From positions 824,177-888,176 of the forward strand of contig CAWEES010000002.1 in the NCBI GenBank assembly GCA_963808245.1: a DNA stretch of 64,000 nucleotides, given 5' to 3'. Under the pieces are notes generated by a model. That model was not told the origin of the DNA. It was given only the letters and a program-made list of their open reading frames with translations, and ran no database searches. Below are positions 49,112 to 61,800 of the stretch, piece after piece. Position 1 is the stretch's first letter, and each line of letters begins with the position of its first letter. Origin of the DNA: an uncultured Bacteroidota bacterium. Its GTDB lineage: Bacteria > Bacteroidota > Ignavibacteria > Kryptoniales > JAKASW01. The position numbers and the translations under genes were made by a program.

Positions 49112-51067
49112 TCAATATTCCCTTTCTACCCATTCCCCAGTCTCGAATGGTGACGCAGGCAAGCCTTCTTTATTGTACAGGTTTGCGCCTTGCGGCGTGT
49201 CTGCCCAAGCATAGCGAACGCCAGTTGGATTTGAGATCAAGTCACTCCGGACAATTACTTTAGCTCCTTTAATTACCGCGGTAGCCCACCCATTCACACC
49301 ATCTGCTCCGCAAACTTCAAAAGATTTCAGCCGCCCGCCTTTGGCCACCAAACCTTTCCCTATATTGGTGAATGAAATAATCACTTCATTTCCGTCAATC
49401 TCCATCGATTTGTAAATCGGACCGGAATAAATGACTGTGTTGTCGCCGTACGCAACATGTTCGGCAACAAGTGCAAGCCGCTTTCCTACATCACCTTTGT
49501 CGAGCGGATGAATATCATTCCATTCTCCGATGTCGATTGTAACCGCCATTCCGGTGTTTGGAAGTGAGAGAGTTTGAAGCTGTGCTTCCCTGAGACCTGC
49601 CATACCGCTTTCGACAGGATGGTCGAATAGCTCGCCGTAGTTCGGAAGCTGGACAAATAAGAACGGGAAATTTCCTTCGTGCCACTTTTCTCTCCAATCT
49701 GTAATCATAGCTGCAAATTCCTTACCGTACCACCCGGGACTGCCCGCGTTAGATTCGCCCTGGTACCAAATGACCCCTTTGATTGTAAAGTTCAATAAGG
49801 GAGCAATCATCGCGTTGAAACATCCAGTTGGCTGATAGATAATTGTAGGCCCACCAAACGGCATCGGCGGCGCTGCAACACCCACCTTGTATTTCCAATT
49901 CCCGGCGAGATTTATTATGTGCTTTCCGATCACTAGTGCGTATTGTTTGTCCTTTATGAATCCTCCCCGACCGCCTGAGTTAATCACTCGAACAACCACG
50001 TTATTCCTGCCGGCTTTGAGCAACCCGGGTGCCACTTCGTACCTTCGCGGTGGATATTGATATGAAACCAAACCGACGAAAACGCCATTGACATAGTCAT
50101 AATCTCCATCCACGATTCTGCCCATGATCAGCATCGCCGGTTTTCCTGCAAGGGAAGCCGGGACGTTGAATTCTTTTCTGAACCAGATAACTCCGTTGGT
50201 ATTCTTCAATCCTTCATCCGCCCAATATGCCGGCAAGTTAATCGTTGACCAATCGGCATCATTATAAGTTGGATCGTACCAGGGCTTTTCTCCTTTCAAG
50301 CCTTCATCCTGCTGCCATATCTTGCTAGTCCACCCACTCCCTGCTGAATTGTTCAGCTTCGTAACGCTGTCTCTGAAAGCAGTGTCGTTAAACTTTTCGC
50401 CTCTTTCCAGAATAGCTGGAAATTCTTTCAGCGCGTTCTTGCCCATCCATGCCTCGATGGGCGTCCCGCCAACGCTCGCGTTGATCAAGCCGATCGGCAC
50501 GTGGTATTTTTCGTAAAGTGTCCTCGCAAAGAAGTAACCCGCGGCGGTAAATTGAAGTACAGTCCAGGGATTTGCCGGCTGCCATTGCGCCCACTGTAAG
50601 TCTTCCTGAGGTGAGCTAAAATCATATTTCTCCGGAACCGCAAATTGCCTTATGTAAGGATTCTCGGAATGAGATATCACATCAGAGTATTTCCACGCTA
50701 CTCTCGCCATTGGCAGTTCCATATTCGACTGGCCTGAACAAACCCACACATCCCCGATTAAAATATTATTTAGCACAATATGATTGCTGCCGTCAACCTC
50801 CATGCTGTAGGGACCTCCCGCCTTCATCGGTGAAAGCATGATCGCCCACTTTCCATTGGAACCAGTTGTTGTGGAATCGGTCCGCCCCAGGAATCTGATG
50901 GTGACCTTTTCTCCGGGCGAAGCCCAACCCCAGATTCGCACGGAGTCCTCTCGTTGTAAAACCATCCCATCACTTACGAGACGCGGAAGTCTAACATAGC
51001 AGACCCCGACTTGTGAAGCGACAAGCAAAATGGAACACACCGTATAACATAAAACATTCTTCTTCAT
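49112..51067 (-). CDS. SGNH O-acetylesterase (sialate O-acetylesterase/CE20-like) with inserted beta-domain
   Basis: CSGQSNM, GGTPIEAW, WYQGESN, DIHP. Confidence 0.88.
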   Translation of the reverse strand: MKKNVLCYTVCSILLVASQVGVCYVRLPRLVSDGMVLQREDSVRIWGWASPGEKVTIRFLGRTDSTTTGSNGKWAIMLSPMKAGGPYSMEVDGSNHIVLNNILIGDVWVCSGQSNMELPMARVAWKYSDVISHSENPYIRQFAVPEKYDFSSPQEDLQWAQWQPANPWTVLQFTAAGYFFARTLYEKYHVPIGLINASVGGTPIEAWMGKNALKEFPAILERGEKFNDTAFRDSVTKLNNSAGSGWTSKIWQQDEGLKGEKPWYDPTYNDADWSTINLPAYWADEGLKNTNGVIWFRKEFNVPASLAGKPAMLIMGRIVDGDYDYVNGVFVGLVSYQYPPRRYEVAPGLLKAGRNNVVVRVINSGGRGGFIKDKQYALVIGKHIINLAGNWKYKVGVAAPPMPFGGPTIIYQPTGCFNAMIAPLLNFTIKGVIWYQGESNAGSPGWYGKEFAAMITDWREKWHEGNFPFLFVQLPNYGELFDHPVESGMAGLREAQLQTLSLPNTGMAVTIDIGEWNDIHPLDKGDVGKRLALVAEHVAYGDNTVIYSGPIYKSMEIDGNEVIISFTNIGKGLVAKGGRLKSFEVCGADGVNGWATAVIKGAKVIVRSDLISNPTGVRYAWADTPQGANLYNKEGLPASPFETGEWVEREY

Positions 51068-51121
51068 CTATGTCAAACTCCTTTGGCGTACCACGATCCT
51101 CTACTCAATGATGCCGATTAT

Positions 51122-52753
51122 TTATTTGTAACTATAAAGTTTGATCCTCTGGATAGTAAATTCTTCACCAGGTAAGAAGACCTGCCTTCCCTGGTTTGTC
51201 TGGTCTCCGTTTAAACTGAGTCCGGGCACCCATTTACCATCAACAAAACTTCCCTCATAATCGCTGCCGATCCCTGCTATTGAGTCTCCACCAGCGCGCG
51301 TTTCAAATGTAACGAGTAATCCCGTGCCGGCAATGATAAACTCATCCGGGGACTGCATGATTATCAAGCCCCCTACTCTTGGCGGCGGCCCGCTTTCCCG
51401 TTTCCAGTATCTCCATGCGTATTCGTGTTTTATCGTGAAGATATAATCTCCAAGAGTAACGCGTGCCTCTTGACTTGCGCTATCGAGCAGAACTCCTGCC
51501 ATCGTTCCCGTACCCTGGTTTTCAAGTATCAACGGAGTGAGCTCGTGAAGGACTTTGTATCCCTGAGAGACCTGATTATGTTCGGGATCCTCCAGAGACT
51601 CGATGGAAAACGGACTGAAACCCATCGCATTGTGTTCGCCGAATGCGAAATAAGCATTTGCGACACTCTGGCTGTTGGCGCACTCAGGAATGAAAAGTGG
51701 ATTCCCTGCACGATCGTATTTTCCAATCCACTCTGAGAAGTTGGCAAAATAGACATCAGGCGACAGGAAATCCAGATGAGGAGCCGCCACTTTCCATAGA
51801 TCAAAAAGATGAGGGAGCGGTCCCGCACTCGGGTATTGCCCTGGTCTATATCCAGGACGCATCAACGCTGCATTCACGTACATCGGCAGAGGATATTCAT
51901 GCTTTCCAGCCTCGGCCACATGATCCGTGTATTTCCCAAAGTACCACGCCATGAACAACTCGTCAGTGCTCAATCCTTGACCGAATAATTCCTCCCACGT
52001 TCCCGAGGTCTTAGATCCATTCTCCTCCCAACTCTGTCGAAGCGCAGGCTCAATCGAATCCCTGTGTGCCTGGAGGTAATTGATCAATTCCTGGGGTACC
52101 GCTCCTCCGAAAGCTTTATTTGCCTCTGGTGAATAATCTCTGGCATCCGGTATCATTCCAATTTCGTTTTCCACCTGAACCAAGATGACAGTATGATTCT
52201 TGCCGTCTATTATCCGGACATGTTTCATCAACGCTGCGAAGACTCTTGCATCGGCGTCACGCGATTCATCATCGAACGGAGTCAATATCTCAAGTGCCGC
52301 TCCGCTCTTTGTCCGCGCTCGCGGGAACCTCTTCTCATCGGTCTTCACCCAAAGTGGAACATAGCAGGACATGCTGTTCTTCCACGAACCAAACCACAAG
52401 AAAACAATTTTCAATTTATGCTGCCGAGCCGCGTGGATGATGCTGTCAACCAAAGTGAAATTGAAATGCCCCTCTACCGGTTCGATCAACTCCCAGTAAA
52501 CCGGAACTATTAGGGTATTCATACGCATCTGTTCGAAATTCTTCCAGAAGGGATCCAGGTAACCCATATATGAGGCGGAGGAATTGCCAAGTTCACCGGC
52601 AAGAGCAAGAAAAGGTTTACCGTCGACCATCAGCTGTATGGCTGTTCCATGTTTCACTAAGTGGGGCATACCATTGTCGCTTGACTGAGCATTCGAGCAC
52701 ATCATTGCAGCGAGAACCAAAACTAATAAGAGTCTAACGGCGTACGAATTCAC
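51122..52753 (-). CDS. GH35-like beta-galactosidase with DUF5597
   Basis: GELGNSS, WFGSWKNSMSCY.P.W, QVENE, YPSAGP, PLFIPE, LNGDQT. Confidence 0.8.
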   Translation of the reverse strand: MNSYAVRLLLVLVLAAMMCSNAQSSDNGMPHLVKHGTAIQLMVDGKPFLALAGELGNSSASYMGYLDPFWKNFEQMRMNTLIVPVYWELIEPVEGHFNFTLVDSIIHAARQHKLKIVFLWFGSWKNSMSCYVPLWVKTDEKRFPRARTKSGAALEILTPFDDESRDADARVFAALMKHVRIIDGKNHTVILVQVENEIGMIPDARDYSPEANKAFGGAVPQELINYLQAHRDSIEPALRQSWEENGSKTSGTWEELFGQGLSTDELFMAWYFGKYTDHVAEAGKHEYPLPMYVNAALMRPGYRPGQYPSAGPLPHLFDLWKVAAPHLDFLSPDVYFANFSEWIGKYDRAGNPLFIPECANSQSVANAYFAFGEHNAMGFSPFSIESLEDPEHNQVSQGYKVLHELTPLILENQGTGTMAGVLLDSASQEARVTLGDYIFTIKHEYAWRYWKRESGPPPRVGGLIIMQSPDEFIIAGTGLLVTFETRAGGDSIAGIGSDYEGSFVDGKWVPGLSLNGDQTNQGRQVFLPGEEFTIQRIKLYSYK

Positions 52754-54318
52754 TTGGAGTTTGAATCCTCCTTCTGATTGAAATATCTATCTGCAAACTT
52801 CAAGAAGTACGGCCAGTTCGGGCCGACCGTATGTCCATCTTCATGTTGACGAAATGCAAGTGTACCATCCAGAAGTGAAGTGCCTATTGGCGGCATTGCT
52901 GATGTATCCAGTGCTTTCTCGCCGAGTAATTCATAAACAGGTCCTGCTGCAACGTCTGCCATGAACTGTCCTTTGTCATCTACCCAGTTTCCTTCGTGCT
53001 CAGGTGAACCACCGCTTATGAAGACAGGTCGGGGCGCACAAAGATCGATCAGCTCGTGCGAATCGACAGACAAATCGTTTGGAGTCAAAATGTATTTGAG
53101 AAAATTTCCGGCAAACCAATGATACTCGCCCGACGAACAGATGTTACCCATGTCTTCACCGAAATCGCGTCGGTAAAGTGCTGCTCCTCCTTTTCCGGAC
53201 GAACCGATGAGAACGATCGCAAACCGTTGATCCTCAGCCATAGTCAGTAGGACTCCTTTGCCATATCTTGAAACGCCTTCGATGCCGACCTTCTTTGAAT
53301 CCACAGAGCTATCGGTTTCAAAATAGTCCAAGACTCTGCTCGCACCCCATGCCCATGCCCGCAGCGCGCCCCACTGATCGAGTGGGCGAGACTGCCCCTT
53401 GTTCACGAGTCCTATAATTCCTTCTGAAAGTCCAGCGCCGTTATCAGCTTGAACACTGGTGGGAACATAGATGGCGTAGCCCCAACCCTTGTCAAGAACC
53501 TGCTCTTGCCAGCTCGGACCGGTCTCTTGCGGCATTCCCGGAAACTTGAATCCTGGAGGAAATACAAAACCGAATTCCATTATTACCGGGACTGGATGTT
53601 CAGCCTTTGCTGGAGTCGTCAAAGTCACCTGTATATTAACATCGATACTTGTGTCCGTTGAATTGTCAACTCCACCTACAAGCTCTCTAGTAATAACAGG
53701 AACCTTTCCGACAATCGTGTCTTTTGTACTGACAACCTCCCAGTGGACTGCAGGGACGTCTGCTGGGACTTCGCCATATATCTCACTGTCGAACTGTGCC
53801 ATGATCTCTGGCCGCTTTTCCTTCCACCATGTTTCTGCGGTCGTCACGGGTTTGCCGTTATCCAATTTCAAAGGATCAGGTAAATTCGGAAATGGATTTG
53901 CTTTTGATTCGTCGTAGTTGTTCCAAGTTCCCCAGTCGGAACGAGTATATGTATTGCCCGTACTGTCATACCAGTTGGTAGATCCCGCCTTCTGAAATGT
54001 GTTCCTGGGACGGTTTGGATCTTCGGCGACAGGCGGGAGCGAATCAAGTAATTTCATATTGAGAAGGTTAATCGTCCTCTGCCAGTCCTTTTCGGACTCG
54101 ACATTAATCTTAGCGAAATAAGCGGCACGCTCCTTCGGTGACATCAGAAAAATGCCCGTTGTCTGAGCACTACAAATGAATGGAGAGGATAACGCGCTAA
54201 TGACAAGAATAAAAGTCAAGAGAAGATGAGAAGCCACGCAGGTCTTATCTTCAGAATAACTTATCCTCACGACTTCAAATTCTTTGCCTAATCCGGATTG
54301 CATCTTTTCTCTTCTCAT
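52750..54318 (-). CDS. CE15 glucuronoyl esterase-like protein
   Basis: NYDESKANP, WGALRAWAWGASR, GVSRYGK catalytic motif, APRP, QHEDGH. Confidence 0.85.
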   Translation of the reverse strand: MRREKMQSGLGKEFEVVRISYSEDKTCVASHLLLTFILVISALSSPFICSAQTTGIFLMSPKERAAYFAKINVESEKDWQRTINLLNMKLLDSLPPVAEDPNRPRNTFQKAGSTNWYDSTGNTYTRSDWGTWNNYDESKANPFPNLPDPLKLDNGKPVTTAETWWKEKRPEIMAQFDSEIYGEVPADVPAVHWEVVSTKDTIVGKVPVITRELVGGVDNSTDTSIDVNIQVTLTTPAKAEHPVPVIMEFGFVFPPGFKFPGMPQETGPSWQEQVLDKGWGYAIYVPTSVQADNGAGLSEGIIGLVNKGQSRPLDQWGALRAWAWGASRVLDYFETDSSVDSKKVGIEGVSRYGKGVLLTMAEDQRFAIVLIGSSGKGGAALYRRDFGEDMGNICSSGEYHWFAGNFLKYILTPNDLSVDSHELIDLCAPRPVFISGGSPEHEGNWVDDKGQFMADVAAGPVYELLGEKALDTSAMPPIGTSLLDGTLAFRQHEDGHTVGPNWPYFLKFADRYFNQKEDSNSK

Positions 54319-57300
54319 TTGTTGCTAGCAACTTCTCTGTGGAAACTTTCCGGCGGCCCGAGATAGCTCGGCTTGACACCACCGCAATTCACAACAATTT
54401 TCTCGAGCACGACACCAGGATCAACCATCCAGATCTTCAGCGTGTGGTAACCCGGCTTGTCAACAGTGAGAGAAGTATGGCTGTGGCGCACATTATCCGC
54501 CACCGATTCTTCCCAGTCCCTGCCATAACCTGCCACGTATTTGGCCGGAACAAGCGTCACGATCTCCGGGGAAGCATCATCAAATGAAACCGCATACCGG
54601 AGACCTAGATCCGGCATGAAGTTCAGCGACGAACCGAAGATCCCTTCCACATCGACCTTACCTGTATCAAACAGAAACATTTTGTACTCTAAGCAAGGAG
54701 AAGCTTTTCCCGGCGTGGCGGCTGGCGCGTCGAAAGGTGAAGTTGCTCTCATACCGGAAAGCGTGTTTCCATAATCTTCGACATTGATCCAGCGGTCCGC
54801 CCCCGCTTCGGTCTTTCCAGTGTAGTGCTCGGCTTCGATTGAAACAAAACCTTCTCCTTCCACAAAACCTCTCAGACCTTCGCGCGATAATTTTGCCGTA
54901 TTATTGGCTTTTACTTTCACGGGAACACTTTGACCCGCACCCGTAATCTTTACGATACCACTGTCCGTACCACCCGGTGCTTTGGTCCAATCCACACTGA
55001 CCTGGAGTGTTGTTTGCTTTTCGACTTCACCTTCAGTCGAAGATATTTTTATCCACGGCACATCAGCATCCACAGAATATTGGAATGGACTTTTCCCGCG
55101 ATTAAATATGTCGATGGAATAACTTTGTCGATTGTACTCGTCATACGGCGGCAATACCGCGTCATCTTGAGTCTCCAGGCCATGATTCTTCTGAGCCCTC
55201 GAGTGCGACGCCCATTGATGCCGCATCCGGATTACTGGTTTCGTTAAGATGGATAGCATTTAAGTTATTGCTGTTGGGCTGGTTCCAGCCTGTATACCCA
55301 AGCACTGGTTGATCCATGAAGTGGTCCCATTTACCATTCGCAAATGTTCGATTAAAATATCCCATCAAACTCGTATCTGACTGAAATAGAGAACGAACCT
55401 GGTCTGCCATTTCGTCCGTACTTGCCCTTCCCTGTTTGGCATACAACGCGTTCTTCCCGGCTGCAACATACAACTCATTCACAATCTCACTCGCCTTTGT
55501 CGGGAACAACACCAGCTCATAAAACGCATCGCGTTCATCGGCCGGAAGTTTGTTGTAAATCTCTTCTGCTTTCTCCGTGATAGATTTGAAATCTGCGATG
55601 ACGTTCTCTGCTTCATGGTAATTGGTAAGGCTATAAGTTGTAGGGGTAAGCAATTCGGGTTTACGTCGACCGTTATACTGCGTGTACTTAGAAATAATAT
55701 CTGCAATTTCTTTGGCATAAGTTGGTCCGAATTGCTGCTCCGCCCACAGTCGAGTGTATTCGTCAATATTGCTGTTTGTCCATTTTGGGGTATCCCAGGC
55801 AAGATCCAAGAAGTACTGCATTGGAAGCTCATAGCCCTTCAGGTGTCCCACATTTACAATCCAGATCCTGTCCGCACCATAATCTTTCGCCAGCGACATC
55901 TGGTCCCAAATTTTTGAAATCGGGTTCGTGTTGATCCACTCATAGTTTCTCGGGCCGCCATGATAATCAAAATGATAATAAACCCCGGCGCCACCGTTGC
56001 GTTTTCGTTCCTCGGAAGTCGGCAGCCGGCGAATGTTCCCCCAGTTGTCATCAGTCCACAGGATTGTTACATCCTCAGGGACACGAAATCCCGCATTATA
56101 GAAATCGAGGACTTCTTTGTACGGGCACCACAGCTGGGGTACCTTCGTAACATCAGGGTTCATTTCTTCTTTTAATATGTTGCGCTGGACATCCACAATT
56201 TTTCCCAGCAATGCCATGTTCGCTTCCGGACCTCCTGGAGCCATCGGCGTGTCGTTTGGTCCGCGAAGTCCGATCGTAACAATACTCTCGTAATTCCTAT
56301 TCCGCCTGATCCCTTCGCGCCAAAAATTTGTAACCGTGTCCGGATACTTCGCGAAGTTCCATGGTCCTATCGTCATCGAATATCGTCTGTCCCATTCTTT
56401 CTGCGCCCGCAGCATCGGTTCCTGATGAGAAGTCCCCATGACAATGCCATATTCATCTGCAAGTTTCGGATTCAATGAATCGTCCTCATTGAACGCGTTG
56501 TTCCACATTGCAGGCCAGAGGTAATTTCCTTTGAGGCGAAGAATCAATTCGAACACCTTCTCATAAAAAAGATGGTTATAGTTCGCAACACCGGACGGGA
56601 TCGGAGGATTCTGACTAACCGGAACGGTACCAAATTTAGAATAGACCCAGTTCGACAAATCGGGAGCTTCGTCATTTAGAAAGATTCCACGATACTTAAC
56701 CGACGGCGGCCCCTGCACATACCTGATCGGTTTCACGTACAAAGCGTTCTCATGCCGGATAGGCACATCTCCCCACCAATACCAGGGAGACACACCGATT
56801 TTCTCGGAGAGGTCATAGATTCCATATATTGTCCCGCGCTTATCGCTGCCGGCGATTACGAGAGCGCGTTCGACACCGGGTAGCGGCTTGTCAACTACCT
56901 GTATAATATATGACTCCCACTTGCCTTCAATGTCGCTAAGGTTAAATTTTTTGTCCTGTACCAGTTTGTCAATCAATGGACTCTGGCCTATCGTTCCGAC
57001 CAAGACCAATTCGTCCATTCCCTGAAGACTATCAAACACAACGTCCGATTTCGCGCCCGTGACCTTGCCAATGTCCGATTGAAGATCTCTCAAAGCTCGA
57101 ATGACTCCAGGATAGTCCTTAGAACTGATACATAATGGCACAGATTTGCCCAACACTGATAACGCAAATTCCCCTTTCCCATTCTCGTGGCTGACGTACG
57201 TCAAGCCGCCGATCGCAAACGCATCGAGCGGGATAATAAACGTGCAAATCCAAAGGACAAATTCCAAAATAACGAGACCCGAAGATGCTGAAAGAATCCG

Positions 57301-57363
57301 TCTTTTTAATTGTATAGAACTCTTTACTCGCTGTGATTCTGCAGAATTATCCAGAGTTTTCAT
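54315..57363 (-). pseudogene. GH115 alpha-(4-O-methyl)glucuronidase split by a frameshift near 55165-55175 (ORFs 55162-57363 and 54315-55259)
   Basis: GSDKRGTIYGIY, YRGIFLNDE, LWPAMW, DDNWG, YYHFDY in the first ORF. VSIEAEHY and LKIWMVDPGV in the second. The frames join at SWPG..|DDAVLP. Confidence 0.8.
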
Positions 57364-57375
57364 CCTAAACCTATT

Positions 57376-58662
57376 TTAATTTGAGCATGCCGGGATCGGG
57401 CTGCTTGTAAGATTATAAATTTTAAAGTTGCCGCTGACCTGCAGCATCCCAAGCATATACAACATGCCATCGTAATATCTATAGAATCCGGTCGGAACAG
57501 GAGTATTCCATAATTCTTCCACAAATTCCTTCCGGTCATCATTCATTGACGCCAGTGCCGCAACCGCATTCATTGCTACAAGACCTGCACTGTGATCATT
57601 TGCCAGCTTTTTTCCACTCAATGTATACTGATTCCCATATTCCTTCAGTCCTTGCGAGCGGAAAAAGTTTAGTATTGTGTCAGCTTCCGTTACTTCCCAC
57701 GGGTCTCTGGTAAACCATTCGTAATCCACTGCGAGATTCATCGCGACCCGCCATGCATCGAATCGAAAATCATCATGTCCACTATGCCACCCGCCTACAG
57801 GAGTACCATCGAAGTGAGCATAATCGGGGAACAGACCAGTGGTAGGATTAGCTGATCTCTTCAGAAGTTCCCGGCTAGCAGCGGCAGCGTCACACCAGAA
57901 TTGATTATCTTTGTCGGCCCATCTCGCCCAGAGTTCGTAGTAATGAGGGAGCTGATATGACGGGTCCGTAAATCCGGATGCTTGAACAGCAGGAACGAAG
58001 ACAACCAACTTCTCATTTGCATTAAACATGTTCGTTACATTTTCATGACCGGGCTCGGCTTCCTTGTGAAGCATAGTGTTCAATATGTGCTGTGCTTCGG
58101 ATTTATAAGCAAAAATTCCCGCTCCATCCCCCCAGCGTGCGGGAGCAAAAAAGAGAGACATTACAAACCATTGCTCGCCGTCCGAAGCGGCGGTGGAATC
58201 AAGCACTTCGCCGTCAGTTTTGCAATGCCAGGCAAAGTAACCTTTATGAGGTCCCTCTTTTAACTGCATGTAAGTCTTAGCCCATTTCCATAAACGGTCG
58301 AATATTTCCTTCTTGTCCATCTGGACCGCAATCATCATTCCGTACGACATGCCTTCAGTACGCACATCATGATTTGCAATGTCCTCGATATATGCCATGT
58401 CGGAACCGACGGGATAATAAACTCGCTGCGTACTATCGTTACCAAAAAACAATTGCTCGAATGAGTTATCCAGTTTAGATTTTACCTCGGATTCGCTTTT
58501 ACTCAACAGGTCAACAAAAAGATTTTTATAAATTCCTGAATAGTATGACCCGTGGTTTTTAGGATCGGATGCGGAGAAAGTTTTCCTGAAGCTGATGGGT
58601 ATAACTGCAAGAGCTAAAAGAAACAACACACCCCATTTTTTCACTTTCATGACCTTACGCAT
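57376..58662 (-). CDS. GH8 xylanase / reducing-end exo-oligoxylanase, secreted
   Basis: DVRTEGMSYGM, ASDGE, FTDPSY, FDAWR, YRYYDG, and a signal peptide. Start is 58662 or 58650. Confidence 0.88.
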   Translation of the reverse strand: MRKVMKVKKWGVLFLLALAVIPISFRKTFSASDPKNHGSYYSGIYKNLFVDLLSKSESEVKSKLDNSFEQLFFGNDSTQRVYYPVGSDMAYIEDIANHDVRTEGMSYGMMIAVQMDKKEIFDRLWKWAKTYMQLKEGPHKGYFAWHCKTDGEVLDSTAASDGEQWFVMSLFFAPARWGDGAGIFAYKSEAQHILNTMLHKEAEPGHENVTNMFNANEKLVVFVPAVQASGFTDPSYQLPHYYELWARWADKDNQFWCDAAAASRELLKRSANPTTGLFPDYAHFDGTPVGGWHSGHDDFRFDAWRVAMNLAVDYEWFTRDPWEVTEADTILNFFRSQGLKEYGNQYTLSGKKLANDHSAGLVAMNAVAALASMNDDRKEFVEELWNTPVPTGFYRYYDGMLYMLGMLQVSGNFKIYNLTSSPIPACSN

Positions 58663-58737
58663 AACCTTTTGATAAATAAACCCGTCCACAGATCATGCAG
58701 ACCACCATGGACGGGCTGATGTTACATTTACAAATCT

Positions 58738-58769
58738 ATTATGTCCCGACTTTGGAGCCGGGACATAAT
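58738..58769. other. Intergenic stem-loop without U-tract
   Basis: ATTATGTCCCG-N10-CGGGACATAAT. Confidence 0.6.
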
Positions 58770-58866
58770 CAACAAAGGAGAAGAAACTAATTCACTAGAA
58801 TCAGCTTCGACTCACTCCCTACCCCTCCCTGATTCCAGGGAGGAGCAAAGAGTAGAGTCAATGTTC

Positions 58867-61800
58867 TTACTTCAAGAAAAGGAGCTTTTTCAACGCCGTG
58901 AAATTACTGGAACCATCGACAGGACGAGCTTGAATCCGGCAGAAGTAAACGCCGCTGCTCAAAGTTGATGGATTCCACTGGACGCTTTGCTCACTTGCTT
59001 GCTGCATCCCATCGACTAATTTCGCGACCTCTCGACCGAGTACGTCGTAGATTATGACCTGAACATAAGCGTTCTTCGGAAGGTCATAACGAATCGTCGT
59101 TGAGGGGTTGAACGGGTTCGGATAGTTCTGGTATAGTGCGAACACCTTCGGAACTACGCCGTTGCCGAATGCACGTACACCCAAAACTCCAGTCCCAGTT
59201 TTGAAAACTGTAGGAGACGAGAATGCACCTTCGCCACCCAAATTGATGGAGCTTGCGCGCCAGTAATAGGTCGTGCTTGCTGCAAGCGTATCTGAAATTT
59301 GCAGTGTTGTGTCTGCAATCATCGTAGTGTCTGCTACAACGTCACCAGAGAAATCGCTGGCTGTTGCAACTTGCAGATGATACCACTGCGCGTTCACTGC
59401 CGGGCTCCATGTGAATGTCGACTTTCTCGGCCACGTTGGGACGCCAGCCGCCGATTTCGGTGACACCGTTAGAGGCGATATGGGGACTTCAATGACGCTT
59501 GTGAATGAATCGACCGCAGTGTAGTTACTCGGACCACCTTGGTTGAAGCAGAGTACTTTCCAATAATAGTAGGCACGATTCAACAACCCGCTATTAATCG
59601 TCCATGAGGTATCATGCTTCGTCGTATCGACCATGAGAACCTGACCGCCGGTGTTGTAGGTCCATAATTGGGCAACATAGTTGCTATCCCCAGCTTCATG
59701 GCGCCATGTCAGAGTCAGAGGATTGACCGGTACGTTGGCCTGATTGACCGATGGATGTATAAGCGTGGGCACCGCTGGTAGATACATAATTGTAAATGAA
59801 TCCACCGGTGAGAATGCTGACGATCCGGCAGGATTGTATCCACGCACACGCCAGTAGTAGGTGTGGCTTGGTGTCAAAGCTGTTGTGATCGCCCAGGTCG
59901 TATCGAAATCACTGGTCGAATCGTTGACAACGAATCCACTCGTGTTCGTGAATCCTTTCGCTGAATCAGACCTGACCTGGAAATGATAAGTAGATGCTAT
60001 AGGTACATAGCTGACTACCAATGTAGGTTTGTTGCCCACAGTTGTTGATTGGTTCGCCGGCAATAGCTGTACCGGGGTTATGGTATCAGCCACTACTCTC
60101 GTACGGAAGCTGTCGATCGCCGAATATGGTCCCGGGACGAGATTGTCGAGCGCCTGCACGCGCCAATAGTACTTGGTGGAAAGTCCAAGTCTGGTTGTCG
60201 TGCTGGTTCCTGCCACTCCTGAGAGTGTCTTCACTATCGTGGAGAATGCCAGGTTTGAAGCGATTTGGACCTGATACGTGGTGGTACCACTTCCAGTTGT
60301 CGCAGCGTTCCAGCTCAATGTATCAGTGTTTGCCAGAGAGGTATCGTGCACCGCATATGACGGCCTTATAGTCGTAGGTGCAGATGGGATGACCGATCCT
60401 TCCTGAATCTTGTAGTACGCGTTTAGCGGAATAGTATTATTCGCAGCACCGAACACATATGTGTGGCTTGTGTTATCCGGCCACCAAACATTAACACTGT
60501 CAATCTTCGAAGCTGTGCCGAGACCGAAGTTTGCGTTCAATGATCCGGCCATGCCTGCGGACCCGCCTTCTGCTTTGATGACGCGGATTTGCTTCGTCGC
60601 TCCCGTGTACACGGTGAACTTTGCTCCGATCGCCGACATGTTGTGGCCTGTACCGACCGGGATAAAGCCAACCCATTTGTTGGCGTTGCCGTTGTTCTTC
60701 TGTATCCATGCAGAGCCACCAGTATACTGGAATATGTCAAGGAAGCCGTCTTTATTGTAGTCAACAAAGCCTCCCGCTCGCGAATTATTTCCCGCAACGG
60801 CATCGAGGGTTGCTACATCAGTGAACGTGCCATCACCGTTGTTCCTGTACAAATGTGCGCCTCCGTTGGTCACGCTTGTGTATATATCTTCCAACCCGTC
60901 ATTATTGTAGTCGCCTACGTCGATTGCGCGTTGGTGTGTGTCTTGAACCAATCCGTTGTTGGCAACGACGGCTGTTCCATTCCACTTATACGTGTATGTG
61001 CCGTCTCCTTTTCCGTACAGGATAACATCGCCCACTAGTTTTCTATTGCCGTCCCTGTTATCGTTCGCGTTAAGTCCGTTCAAAACGAGATCTTCGTTTC
61101 CATCATTGTTGAGGTCACCCCATTGCTCGCCAATGGCAGCGAAGTGGCGCAGTGTATCGTCAACAATAATACCTGTATCAGAATGGGTAAGGGTTTCAAG
61201 GCTGGCATATTCAATACTGTCAATAGTCCCGGCCTTATTAAGCACTACAGAATCGAGGACATAGATTGGACGGCCCAGGGATGTGAAATTTGGAACAATA
61301 AATTTGCCGGTTCCATCATTCAGGAACATGACGCATCCCTTTCGACCACCATCTGTACTGGCACCAACTCTGGTATATCCATTTCGAAAGCTCGGCATCA
61401 ATAAGTCCTGCCAGCCGTCATTATTTGCATCGAAGAAGCGGACATCCCAAGATTCATATGAAAGGCTACTGTCTATGCCATAATTTGCACCAGTTGCTCC
61501 TTTTCCTATATCGGTAAAGCCGCTTGGACCTCCTTTAAGGAGCCATATACCTCCGTTGCGGGCATATGGTCCTGAACTGGCATCAATATTTGTGAAGTTT
61601 CCGGGCCACGCAACACTGAGGTAATTGCTGTGATCAATTGGTGCTGCCGCAAGCCCCTGGAAGACTTCGCCGGTGACTCCCGCCGTAGCGAGATCGCCTA
61701 TCCCGGTTGCTGCCTTGAATACTCCGGCCGTGTCATAAAATAAACCACCGCTTGGACTTCCGCCATTGGTGGTAAACAAGTCAGGAACTCCGTCACCATT

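Noticed and set aside
55162-55164. Selenocysteine read-through or prfB-like programmed frameshift at AGA-TGA-C in GH115
   Set aside because: Read-through would not restore the frame, and AGA cannot re-pair in the +1 frame as CUU-U does in prfB.
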